A stretch of DNA of 46,847 bases, counting the filler, from Catajapyx aquilonaris (taxonomy: Eukaryota): NCBI GenBank assembly GCA_000934665.2. It is 2 parts of 2 records of this genome, joined end to end, with 100 filler letters (N's around TTAATTAATTAA, not from the genome) between each part and the next. Parts side by side here need not be neighbours in the genome. Positions count along the whole stretch, not along the records: positions 23,477 to 46,847 come from KZ539400.1; 1 more part is not named here. The stretch is one strand, 5' to 3'. Both the position numbers and the translations under genes were made by a program. The first letter of the stretch is position 1, and each line of letters begins with the position of its first letter. The notes under the pieces are model-generated. The model had not been told where the DNA came from and did no database searches. It saw only the letters and a program-made list of their open reading frames with translations. Positions 35,047-46,847 of the stretch are shown here, piece by piece.

Positions 35047-35659
35047 TACACACTCAATTGACTTGTTCTTGCTAAAATGGGCCAAAACCACATGGACTCA
35101 ATCTCTTTTTCTGATGACCGAAAGGTAACCCCAGGGCAAGTGACCAAAGTCAAGAAATATGCTGCAGGAGCTTCTGGCAAGTGGAAAGCCAACACCACAG
35201 ATGGCCAGGTGCAAATCCAGGTTAATTCTGCTAGTGTTTTTGAACATGCCTGAGATGAATTAATTTTTTTGGCCAGTAAATGAAATTATTTTGGCATCGT
35301 CATGTCTCATGTTACACTGGACTTGGACGAATTGCTTTCAAGAAACAGCTTATGTGTAGATTACACAATAACTTCCCTTGCAGATGATCCAGACAACAAA
35401 AGCCAACACACAAAATTCGACCCATCTGTTTACAAAGTCAGCATAAGCTTTTGCAACACCTACCAGCTTAAGCCAGGCGTACTGGTGCTGGTAACATGGC
35501 ATGACAATAAAATGGCAGTATCAGTATTTGATTGGTTCGCATTTGCATTGCTAGTGAACACAATGATACCAGTGACAAGGGAGAGAATTATGTAGAGGCA
35601 GTTGATTCACTCCCTGGAGCAGGGGTTGCCAGATGAAGTGGCCTAAATCCCTTATTATA

Positions 35660-36618
35660 AATTGAACCCCTCCCTTGAAGAAGGGTGTATGTGCAATTAT
35701 TGTTTTAAAAGTAGTGAGCCTCCCTGTGAAGGAGTGCCTAGGTGTCCTCAGAGGTGAATGGCACTTTATCACTTCTTTGTGTAGTCCCCCTGGAGTGTGA
35801 TGCACTTCTCCCATCAGTGGTCCAGCTTTGCGTAGCTTCGCAATAAAATGTTTGTCTTGATTATCAGACCATTCTCGAACAGCATTCATGATGGCATCAT
35901 CACTGTTGATACGCAGTTATTTCAGGTGTCGTTTGAGTGTTGGGAACAGGTGAGAGTCAGATCCAACGGTCACCTGTTCCCAACACTCAAACAGCACCTG
36001 AAAGAACAGCATTTCAACAGTGATGTAGCCGGCTTCATGAACACTGTTCGTGAATGGTGTGATGACCTAGAGCAGAGGTCTCAAACATGCGGCCCCACGG
36101 TCCTATCTCATGTTTTGGCCATTATCAACATGTTTAGCAATTTGACAATGGCTCTGCCATGAGTGAAGTGGGGAACTCTGGAAAAATATTTCTTCTGCAG
36201 ATGTCAGGTGTGTACTTTGTCAGTTACATCACCTAAGATTTGTGACCTTGAACACACAAAAAATTCCACCTGCGACGGGCCATTCATCTTGTCCCAGTTA
36301 TTCTTTACTTAGTACTAGTCACCTGTTGGCATATTGCACCGCTGGTAAGTGCGGCCCGCACTAAAGTTCCTGCAAGCTTATGTGGCCCTCTCTACCTAAT
36401 CGAGTTTGAGACCCCTGACCTAGAGCCTAAACAAATATTTTTTTCGCGAAGGGATGCAAAGCTGGACAACTGCTGGGAGAAGTGCATCACACTCCAGGAG
36501 GACTACATAGAGACGTGATCAAGTACCATTCACTTGGGACAACTCCTTCACAGGAAGGCTCACTACTTTTCAAACAAAAATTGCACATACACCCTTCTTC
36601 GAGGGAGGAGTTCAAGTT
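35660..36618. mobile_element. Palindromic mariner-derived element (3'-end fold-back) interrupted by an hAT MITE
   Basis: Both arms encode the mariner C-terminus HLFPTLKQHLK..FNSD..VREWC..WEKCI..GDYIE pointing outward from a centre at about 35953-35968. Confidence 0.85.
36073..36417. mobile_element. hAT MITE
   Basis: CAG(A/G)GGTCTCAAAC TIR, GCGGCCC subterminal motifs, perfect 8-bp TSD ACCTAGAG (36065-36072, 36418-36425). Confidence 0.9.
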
Positions 36619-36916
36619 TCTGACACTTCCCTCCTGGTGATACTGGTACCTCTAGCTAGCAGATAACAGCTTTCCAGCTGACAAGGATCCTTCGACCTGG
36701 GGTTGCTTTTCGGTTCTGAGAAAAACTTATTGCACCATAACATTTTTTTTTTTAATCCCAGATTTTTAGAGCCTACCTTGTCAATTACAGTGTCCCTTTA
36801 ATTATGGGAATAAGGAACAATGAATAGTTCCCATACAACAAAGTTCATCATGTAAAGTAGAATGCATCACCATATTTATACAACATTGTAACTGAGAAAA
36901 AAAACTCATCACTAAC

Positions 36917-37140
36917 CCGAACAAGGGCAAGAAGTATCCAAATGTGAAGATGATGGTGGCGATCCTGGTAGCCCATTGGGCAAAATCCAGCTTGTGGTTT
37001 GAGATGTGCTCAACAAGTGAGTTGAGTGATGGAGACTGCTGGGACTCGCTTGATTGTTGCCTATTACCACTGTCTTCCTCATTTTCACCAGCGGCATCTG
37101 CATCTCCTTGCCTCTCATTCTGGCTTGAATCAGAACTCAT
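36917..37140 (-). CDS. TMEM33: Transmembrane protein 33, coding exon 1
   Basis: MSSDSSQ..LVEHISNHKLDFAQWATRIATIIFTFGYFLPLFG; acceptor 26 nt upstream of the ATG (exon starts 37166); GG/GTTAGT donor; the five exons total 831 nt. Confidence 0.88.
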
Positions 37141-39520
37141 CCTTGTAGCAGAAGTCTCGCTTCTTCCTGCCATCAGTAAGAAGGATAGTGGTAAGGCTAG
37201 AGATATATCACAATGAACATTGACAACAATTAGGTAAATATTGATGTCATACAGTATGTTTCCATGTAAATGTAAAACAATGGCTCAAAGATATTTCAAT
37301 GTATCTAGGTATTACAAAATAATGCATAAAACCATTGGCTTGTTAGCCCCTTCAGCCACAGAGCTCTTCGTCGTTGATCTGACAAAAGAACGAATTCAAC
37401 ATTCATAATTTTATAGGAGAGCCCACAAAAATCTGCAAACTGCTATAGAAATACATGGGATGGCCTTTTGATTTTCTGTTCTAATTCTGATGTCAGAATG
37501 TGACCAAAGACTTGATGGCGATGCAGAGGCCACAATCGGATTTTAGCAAAAATGTCGAATATGTCCTTTTGTCAGATTAATGACATCTTTTCTTCTCTCT
37601 CTCTCTCTCTCCCTCTCCTNCCCCCCCCCCCAATGTTAAGTTATATAACTTGCCATCACCTACACATATAGGCGACTGGAGCCAAAAGGATTAAGTGGTG
37701 ATGGTTCCTAATCACATAATTTAAATATAGTTTTCTCAGTTCACAGTATGGGGTCATAACACAAATCTCAACTGCAGAAGTTTCGGAAATGCTCTAGGTA
37801 GCGATGTGGTTACAATAATCTGATTGTGCGATCTGGAAGAATTTTCTGGAAGGTTTTTTTGGGTTATTTTGGGTCAGGATCAAGCTGAAAATGGGTGTAA
37901 TTCATATGGCAGGGTGCCAGAGTCAAGAACCACATAAAAATACCATACTGATAGAATTTTGAAGAGTGTGAACTGGCACAAAAACTGAATTTCTACTATT
38001 TTTCTCTAATTTTCATCTGCAAGTATAATTTTTTTTGTAACACTTTTACTGGGTGTCTTACACTGTTTCCTTGGTTAAGTCAAAATAATAACATTTTTAC
38101 TGACAAGTGTCTCCAAAAGAATTTTTCTAAAGGAAAAAAATCCAGGGCTGCTAGACATCCCAGACATGCACCACTGCATAGCACCTCAATCTGCTTGGCT
38201 ACACTGGAGAGTTCGGAGCTCTACTTAAGTCTTGTGCACTTGAGATCATTGTGGATACATCCAGTAGTGATGTGTGACACCGCCAAGGACACTTTCATTT
38301 TTTTTAAATACCCTGCGGCAAGACATTTGCTGCAAAATGATCACTGCAAGTCAGCCAGGTATGAAGCTCTTTGGGTTGAAAAAACATCAATCCCAAAGTT
38401 GCTCCGGACCAATTCCACGATATGTCAACCTGGCAGGGGTTACAAAAAATTTATGGTAGGAGAAAATATATTGCTCTCTGAGTCAATTTGTTATATGGTG
38501 TCGATCTTGGGGGAGGAAGGAGCAGCTGCTATATTAATGAGTACAAATACAGGGGCGTAGGCAGAAAAGAATTCAGGAGGGGGGGGGGGGNNNNNNNNNN
38601 NNNNNNNNNNNNNNGGGGGGGGGGGTGGCTTAGAATCACACTAGCTGAGGTGAATGTGGGTGGGAGATTTTAATGAGTTTTGCACCCTGGCTCTGACCTC
38701 TTGAGAAATAGTGAGTCATTGCCTCACAGGACACCCGACATTCCGAGGTGATACCGCGAGGCCCACCCTTTTACACAGGAAACCTCGAGGAAATCTCGAT
38801 CTAACGCAGCGAATGCTAATGTCCTTACCACATTACCAGTCTCGGTGGGGGAGCAGAGCTAAGTTCACACAAAATGGTGGGGAGTGTCAGCCGCCTCCAT
38901 TATAATTTGAGCGGCTGCGAGCATGAATGGCGTATGACACTCAACATGGTATATCGAGTTATCAGCACCGACAGAATCCTCACACAATATTCTACCAGTG
39001 TAACAGACTAAATGCATATGGTGGCATGCTATATTTGAATGAAAACACCACCCAAACTTTCACTCCACTGTGGCATACACCATTCTTGCTCTCAGTCCCC
39101 ATTTACACATTCTATGACTTTTCATTTTACGACCCTGTTTGCTGAAACCTAACTCCATTATAAAACGAGAGTAACCTGTACAGTGCTGGACATTAATGGT
39201 TTAGCACTGACAGCGACATGAGCCGCAGTGGCGAATAAGCCCATTGAACCTCGTCCAACTGAAAAATAAGATTGTCTTGCCCTGGGTGACATCACCCAGG
39301 GAAATCCTACCTTCTTATTCTTCGATTTGGCTGGGTAAAGTTAAAAGTTTCCTGGCTACAGCATGACAGCAGGCATAATCTGATATTGATACTGACACAC
39401 CCTATTACAATACCACTTTAAGCGTGAATTTTCTGTAGAACAGTAACGTTAGGTTAATTCAATTTAAGCATACTAGAAGATAGGAAATCTGCAAGACACC
39501 TATTTCTATCTGGGAACTAA

Positions 39521-41089
39521 GGGCCGGTTGCACGAACCGTTCCTAGCCCGCTCCTAGGAGCACTCCTACGTAGGGGCCCCCTACGGGTGAGAGCGTTCCT
39601 AGGTGGCCGAGGGTTGCACCAACCCAAACTAGGAGGCATCCTACGTATGGGCCTTCCTTCCCTTGTTATCGGGCAGTCGCGCCTGGCTTCCACACCCGTC
39701 TTAATGAACTGGTTATTTATTAATAAAATAACTGTTCTTCCATGCATTAAAATAATATTACACAGCTGGAGAATATGTTTTATACGCTTAAAAACATAAA
39801 TTAGCTTATTTAGTCATGCACGTGGTCGTGCATGACGCAATCCCGGCAGGCAGGTTTTGGGCCAAGGCAAGGAGCCCGAACAAGCCAAAATATGCAGCAA
39901 ATTTTAGTGAGGCTGATAAAAATTTTATTTTGGGTAGCGATGTTTAATTTTATCACCCACATTTCTGGCTTGCCACCGAAACATTCGCGAAGTAAATCGG
40001 ATGAAAAACGGCCGAGATAGCAGAGGCTTGCAATATACTTAATTGTGATTGTCCAAATTGTAATTCCTAAATTTTAAATATATGAAGGGGTCGGTGCAAT
40101 ACTGCCCTAACCCTCCCAAACCTGATTTTGAGAAAACTGCAGTTGAAAGTTTGAGAGGCCATCCCATATACCATGTGACTTATTTCATTTGATTTCTCAG
40201 TGACCGATGGCAGAAACTGCACAATTTCAATGGATTTTATTAGATACATGAGTGTAGTACATGGAAGTGTGCTTAACTCAATTTGTGTCATTTGGTGGGT
40301 TAGGGCGGTATTGCACCGACCCCTTCATATGGTAAGATAGACAAAGATTTGCACTATCCAGAGTTCACAGGAAAACTTTTGTGGCCTCCGGTAAGTGTCG
40401 AATAAAAAACCTTTTTTGGCGTAACGCCCGGCAACGTATCAAAAAAAGACACCCTTCCACCTTCTTTTTGGGATAAAAAATTACACAAACAACATAGGAA
40501 AGCAACTTGCACATATCCTACGAGGATTGAAACAAGCTTTCAAATGATATATATAATATGATTTTTTGGATCATCTGCCTAGGAGTTGTTTCGAATCAAA
40601 CACAGGGCTCACCGGATTAGGGAGGAAATACCTTGGACTGCTGGGAGCGCTCCCAGCCGGTAAGAGTGGGTCCGGACCAGCCCCTAGACACTTCTATCCC
40701 AGCGCAATAGAAAAGGCTGATCCGTTATTCCTTCCCGCAGTGGCGCTAGTAAAAACAATGGAATCTCGCTGTGCGTGTCGTTCATTCGCCATAACAAACT
40801 AGTGACCCTGTCGGTACAACTCGTGCTACCAATAGCGTATACCAAGATGGCCGCAATATGGAGATGTTCACGATCCAGTTCACATCATGGCGACCTCCAG
40901 TCAGCGCCACGGCGGGATTGAGTAGCGGATCGCAAGATGGCGGGGAGTTTCCCGACCTATCCTTCTAAGACCGTGGTCCGGACCTTCCTAGCAGCTAGGA
41001 GCGCTCCCACCACCTGGGAGGGGTTGGTGCAATGAAATCCCTTCCTAGGAGCGCCCCCACCTCCTAGGAACGGTTCGTGCAACAGGCCC
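39521..41089. mobile_element. PIF/Harbinger non-autonomous element
   Basis: TIR GGGCC(G/T)GTTGCACGAACCGTTCCTAG, TAA TSD both sides, repeated CCTAGGAG/GGGAGCGCTCCC subterminal motifs. Confidence 0.9.
40083..40327. mobile_element. Mariner-type MITE nested in the Harbinger element
   Basis: TIR TGAAGGGGTCGGTGCAATAC(T/C)GCCCTAACCC, TA flanks. Confidence 0.8.
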
Positions 41090-41620
41090 TAAGATATTGG
41101 GTGGAAAAAGTGCATAATAGTTATGAACAATGTATGAATGACAGCTATAATTGTAAAATATCACTATTCAGTTCAGATACAAAGGGACAAAATATTGCAA
41201 ACTTGTAATTTTTTCAAACTAGAGAGCTTCAGTTAGCTTGAAGGTGCAGAAATTTTCTTAATCATTTTTGTAGCAATGGTACAGTAGATATAGTCCAATT
41301 TTCAAAGTGCACTTTTAATGACAACATTTAATGAACCGAATGATTGCGCATTACTTTCTACACAGTGTGGTATGGGGAATACAATGAGCAACCTTTAGAT
41401 CTTGATTTTCAAAAACAAGATGCAACTTAGAAAAGTAGGCCTTACTTATTCTTTTGCACTTTCCAATCTCATCCTGTGTCCCTTTTCAGTTAAAAATATT
41501 GCAAAATCATAATATTTTGACCTCTCTGGTAGTCCCTAATTTGCAAATTCAACTTTCACCTTTTCCATTCACACTATTATGCACCTTTCCAACAAAAATC
41601 TTTGCACAAGGTGGCAAATA

Positions 41621-42131
41621 CGAGAGGTGTTTGAAAAGTAGTGAGCTGACCAGTGAAGTTGTCCCAGGTGAATGACACTTTAGCACTTTTCTAAGTAGTT
41701 CTCCTCGAGTGTGATGCGCACTACTCCCAGCGGTGGTGCAGCTTTGTGACCCCTTTGAGGAAAAATATTTGTCTTGGTCAGCACACCATTCCCGGACTGA
41801 GACCATGACAGCGTTGTCACTATTGAAATGTTGTCCTTTCAGATGTAATCTGAGTGTTTGGAACAGGTGATAATTGGAGTGCCAAATCCGGCGAGTAGGA
41901 TAGGTGGGGTCACAGTTCAAAAGGACAGCATTTCAACTCGTCATGGTCTCTGTCCGGGAATAGTGTGCTGATCAAGGCAAATCATTTTTTCTGGAAGGGT
42001 TCACAAAGCTGAACCACTGCTGTGAGAAGCGCATCACACTCCACGGGGACTACATAGAGTACTAAAGTGTCCTTCACCTAAAACAACTCTTTCACAGATA
42101 GGCTCACTCACTACTTTTCAAACCCCACTCG
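41621..42131. mobile_element. Palindromic mariner-derived MITE (same family as 35660-36618, different breakpoint)
   Basis: TA-CGAGAGGTGTTTGAAAAGTAGTGAG TIR; YSPDL..YHLF motif on the minus strand near 41865-41910; inverted transposase C-terminal arms. Confidence 0.85.
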
Positions 42132-42489
42132 TTGGTGTTCTACATAGTTCCTATCGTAACTTCCAGCTTTCTTTATGCTGTTAAGGCCCTCATGTTACAT
42201 GTGATATGGTGCATGTCTCGGAATAACTGCTACATGATATAGTAAATGGCCAACTTGTGCAACTTGGAACTTGCAAGTGTGAAGACTACTACAGGTCAGT
42301 CTGCCCACGGTTAATCTCACACCCACTTTGCCAATATGAAAACGTCATTCGGCCACCTCTTGAGAACAGTATTTCACAGCACACCTACAAGTTTTGAGCA
42401 TTTCATGGGAACATACAGGAACAACAATTACAGGATACCTGCACATGCTAATCAAGCATAAATTATTTCACTCCAAAGCCAATTACTTC

Positions 42490-42920
42490 CCTACCTATAC
42501 ATGTTCCATTCTAACGATAAATCCCCACAAAAAGTAGCAAAATTTTCGACTTGATACCAGCAGTGGTGTATGCAGTTTCACGGCTTGCGGAGCCTCACTC
42601 GTCACAGGGCCAACGTGTTCCTTTTTTTCCGGGTCCTTGCTCAAGCGAAAAATAAATCTGGAAAAGCAGCTGCGAGCGGAAGTGGCACTGAAATGATCGA
42701 AAAAAAAGGTTCGAGAATTAAACTGCAGCAATCCAAGATGATGTGTCATTCCTACATTTTCTGAGAATGGAACGTTAGATTTCAACAAACACCACTCCTA
42801 TACCGGTGGCGCCTTTACCGCCCGATTAACAAAGCTGATGACTAGAGACAATCCACCTAGCGGAGTATTGTCAACTAAACGCTTTTTCCGCCCTATTCAA
42901 ACGTCTTATTATATGCAAAT
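42490..42920 (-). promoter_or_regulatory. Probable TMEM33 promoter / non-coding first exon
   Basis: CpG-rich non-repetitive island upstream of coding exon 1; ETS-like GCGGAAGTG at about 42676; candidate AG/GTAGGA donor near 42494. Confidence 0.35.
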
Positions 42921-44515
42921 GTATCTTTCCAAGCTAGTTTCACATCATGAAGCATTGCGAATATGCACTTTGATATATTACATTGGTATGTGCATATTAT
43001 CATTTCTGTACACCGTTGCACACAATGACCAGTGGAAGTCGCGCAAGCAGTTCTGCACATCTCTGCCCATTTCTCTCATTTTCTCCTTTTTTCTCTCTAA
43101 ATAGTGTGCGGCGGGGAGGGGTCGAGGGGGGAGGGTCCCTTGCCCTGTCCCGGTCGTCTACACTCTACACCCTCTGGTGGCAAGGTGAGAATAATAACGA
43201 ACCTGAACTGGACCTTGATGTATGACCACATGAAGATTATTCTCCTTTCCCATAAAATATACAGCCCATATTCATAACCATGACATTATAAAAATTATGT
43301 AGGATATGATATGTCACAAGTGAGTGAAGCCGTCATCCTAATAATCAGCTTGAAACTACTATAATATTATTGCAATTTTTACTGTGCCTTTCAAAAAATT
43401 AAAGTATAGCATACCGAACTGAAGTAGACAAGGCAGTTCGAGGCAGTCGTACAATATATTAAATTGGGTCAACAAATGTTAAGTATTTCAACAATTTGCC
43501 AAAGAATAATAGGGTGATTTATTACCATGAAAACATTGATACTAAGACGGTGCAAAAAAAAGAAATATCAATAATATTTTTCCGATGTGCGTGACATAGA
43601 ATCAGCCAAGTGGGGGGGGGGGCGTTTTTAATAAAATTATTGTGAATTCCCTCTGCGGGCCTTTTTAACTTTTTAGCCAGTGAAAGGAATCAAAACATCT
43701 CAAAAAACTCTGCCATATCACTGCAATGTGGACTTTTTTTTTGCCCTAAACATTGACAAAATCGGACAAAATATTCCCACCAAAAACACCGTTGCTGCAG
43801 TGATTGCTACCTGGAGTCCTTCGGGGAATCCCCTACAAAGCACCGGATGTGTGGAATCAAAATGCAGTGTGCTTCGTATTTTAAAATTTGTTTATAGTAT
43901 TAATATTCCTTTTTGTATTTTGTGAATGATGGGACAATTATCATGAGAACTTGATAGTGTACATAAAATGCCCAAAAAATTGTGAAAACAGTAAATGTTA
44001 GGAGAAACCCCGGAGAAACCCCTATTTTTCTCAACTAAAAAAAAAAAAAGCGTTTTTTCCGGCCTCAGTCAAAATTAACTGATTTTTTTTACAACACTAG
44101 ACCCTTCTCAGACTGGTCGTCTTCCCCTCTCTGTAACTTTCACCAGCACAAGCCGACCCTTCTATTCGTCAGGACCACTCAAAGAAAAGCAATGGTTTAT
44201 GACTATAGGTACTAAAGGTACCCCAGAACGAAGGGGAATTAGCGGGCACGGGTGGCTTTTTGAACCGTCCCTCCTTTCGACCTTTTCCCCCAAATTCGTC
44301 ACAAGTGTTATTGATACCGGTTGCTTTCCTCAGAGTGGCTGTGCTACTATATATAATTTAAACCAGTTTTGAAAGATTATCATTTTCTCCCGTCCGTCTT
44401 CTACTCTTATTCGATGCTCCAAGTCCACAGCCACCAAGATCACATTTGCCCTAGCACTCCTAGGTCAATAAGTTGTTTTTAGATACAACTGAGTGTCAAA
44501 AAACAAAATAACTTA

Positions 44516-45263
44516 CATAGGGAATGTCAGTTCAAAACAGCAATGTCATAAAATGTGCTCAATGCGGCGGCCTTCCGAGGTCAGGCACAAGTCAATGCGT
44601 TGCCACCGGTCGACCGACGCGACGCTATACGTGTTAAATTCTGCGAAATATGATCATCTTGACCAGGAGGACTTTATTGTTGACCGAGTGTTGGCTTCTC
44701 CGACAAGGCCAACTTTTACGTCAACGGTAAAATAATCCCCACTGGGCAGAGGATTCCAAAGTGCAAGGGGCCGGAAGTTGATTGTGTAGTGTGGCCTATG
44801 GGAAGGCAGGCTGATTGGGCCCATATATTCATTAAGGGAACCTTGAATGGGGAACGGTACTGTACGTCTGTACCTTTTGATGGGGGTGATGCCGCTGGTG
44901 TTGAATGCGAAGGGAGATTTCCCGGTGTACCCTCACCCCAATTACTACGCCCATCCTGTGCGTAAATGGTTGGACAGCCTCACAGCCAGTTTCGCCAACA
45001 TTGGGTTGGCAGACGAGGATCAATCGAATGGCCGCCTGCTCGACCCAGACCTCATGTACGAGTCACGCCTCTTGATTTATGAGAAAATCCGGGACTTACA
45101 CCATCTGCAGGCCCGTGCATCGTCGACACCGTCATGTGACGCCGGACATGTTGCCGCGTGTGGGTCAAGACTGGCTGTCATGCATTGACTTATGCCTGAC
45201 TTAGGAAGCACATTTTATGATATATACGGTATATTATAGTATTTTGAACTGACATTCCCTATG
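44516..45263 (+). mobile_element. Internally deleted Tc1-like transposon
   Basis: Perfect 22-bp TIR CATAGGGAATGTCAGTTCAAAA with TA flanks; frameshifted transposase motifs FSDKANFYVNG, CGLW..LIGPY, YYAHPVRKWLD, WVGRRGSIEWPP. Confidence 0.8.
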
Positions 45264-45312
45264 TATGGAGACTGTTGGGATACACTGTAGAGAAGGGCTC
45301 GTCAAAAAAGAC

Positions 45313-46847
45313 TATTTATTTATTTACCCCATTAGCTGGCCTGTTGGCCATTTTTAGGGGGGACACAACCACCCAGCATCGTCATACTAGCCACACAGTT
45401 GAATACGTTTTACAACATTTGAGAAAAAAGAAAAAAAGGGCATAAATCTGAACTTTGAACAAATCGGCAAACACAAATGGTAACAATTCCGAGGATACAA
45501 TAGAAAGGGCGCTCAAGTAACTCTTCCGTGGGGTCTCAAATATTGGGCACTCAAATAGAACATGGAGGGTCGTTAATTGAGTATTACAGTTACACCAACT
45601 ACAATATTGTCATCACTTTCAATTTGTACAGATACCTCGTGGTTGATTGGAATATATGGGGATTTGTTCCTTATAGGTTAACTAACATTCTTTGCGTGTA
45701 AAGTGGCAAACCATATAAAAAATACGTTTCAATTTCATGTGTATGTTTAATTTGCCTGTAATGGTGGTATCTATGTGTATCTTGGAGGCTGGCAAGGAGC
45801 TGCTGACTCAGAAGGTGTTTGGTCTTGAACAACAACGATGTAAGATCGGTTTGTAGGTCCTGCCAGGATAGCCCCAGTTGAGCCAACAGAACTGAATACG
45901 AGTTGCGCCAATTTGGTCTATTTGAGATTGTGGCATATTCGAACGCGTTGCGCAATATAGTCCCCTGCTTGGCTTGGCTAAACTTACTGATTAGCTTCGC
46001 AGTTTGCTTTATTAGTGTAAGAGAAATAGGAGTCTGTCCAGTTTCAAGGTAGACAAAATATGAGGCAGTGTTCTTGGGCAGTCTCAAGAGTTTCTTTAGG
46101 AAGATCAACTGAACCTGGTTCATCACCGAGGAGAACCGCGGGCCCCAGATCTGGGCACCGTATGTAATTATGGGGAGAACATTCGAATTGAATAGCCTGA
46201 TTGCAACCTGGATATCTCTAATTTTTAACTTTATTAGGGTCGACCACATCGAATTTATCGCAGCTAAGGCTTTGGTTTTAAAATATTGAGCTGCTACATT
46301 GAATTTCCCTGATATAGTGAATGGAACCCCTAAGTAGATATACGTGTTAGAGGGGGTTATCCGTGCCTCACCCCACCAAAAAGGGCGGTCTGGATGTCTT
46401 CCGCCACGTCGGAAGCATATGATATTTGTCTTCTTCTGATTTATCTGTAGAGAATTTTTTTCAAAGTAGGCATGCACTGCATTTAAATTACGTTGTAAGT
46501 AGGCCTATAGCGGATTGTCAGACAGAAGAACAATATCATCCGCAAAGGCTAAAAAAATATATATCCGGCGTACCCAGTCCAAGGTTAACACCATTTGCGT
46601 CATGTGATAACAGAAAGTCCGACATATCCGATAGAAAAAGGTTAAATAAAGTTGGGCTCATCGATTCGCCTTGTGGCAGGCCCTGGACCAGCCCACGGAC
46701 ATTTATACTACGTTCTGGCGTTATCACCTGCCGAGGCATTTTGCAGCGGCTGCTCACCTGAGACCGCCAGGAGACATTTAGGAGGCCACGATAAGTGGCG
46801 ACCCTACCGGATTAGGCTGAACTTTATAGGTACGAAAGGGGAGGGCT
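45313..46847 (-). mobile_element. Non-LTR retrotransposon (LINE, RTE-X/L2-like) 3' part with frameshifted reverse transcriptase
   Basis: GLPQGESMSPTLFNLF, FADD, YLG, YGAQIWG, C-terminal CxxC..H..CP zinc knuckle, stem-loop plus (TAAA)n tail at 45313-45362. Confidence 0.92.

Noticed and set aside
44847..45188. 113-aa ORF as a novel gene
   Set aside because: It is a frameshifted piece of the Tc1-like transposase inside TIRs

Overview
Animal genomic DNA, most likely a non-dipteran arthropod (inferred from protein motifs, intron structure and TE content). It is made of two pieces joined by a synthetic-looking 100-nt spacer (N44-TTAATTAATTAA-N44, 23377-23476), so adjacency across the spacer is unproven. 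Three spliced genes can be reconstructed by hand, all on the minus strand. (1) A complete but unusually divergent cytoplasmic poly(A)-binding protein (7 coding exons, 5149->649, about 713 aa). (2) A strongly diverged CLASP-derived gene (at least 6 phase-compatible exons, 21495->about 14708) that appears to keep only the central linker and TOG3 region and needs one GC-AG intron. (3) TMEM33/Kr-h2 (5 coding exons, 37140->30006, 276 aa) with a textbook U12-type minor intron. The rest is dense with transposons: tRNA-derived SINEs, three of which share their 3' tail with the LINE at the right end of the window; Tc1/mariner, Tigger/pogo, hAT and PIF/Harbinger MITEs; a Transib-like element with RSS-like ends; a Helitron 3' end; four fold-back elements built from the 3' end of mariner/Tc1 transposase genes; several hairpins; and a 17-bp minisatellite. 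There are no rRNA genes, bona fide tRNA genes or CRISPR arrays. All family assignments come from motif recognition and recalled consensus sequences, not database searches.
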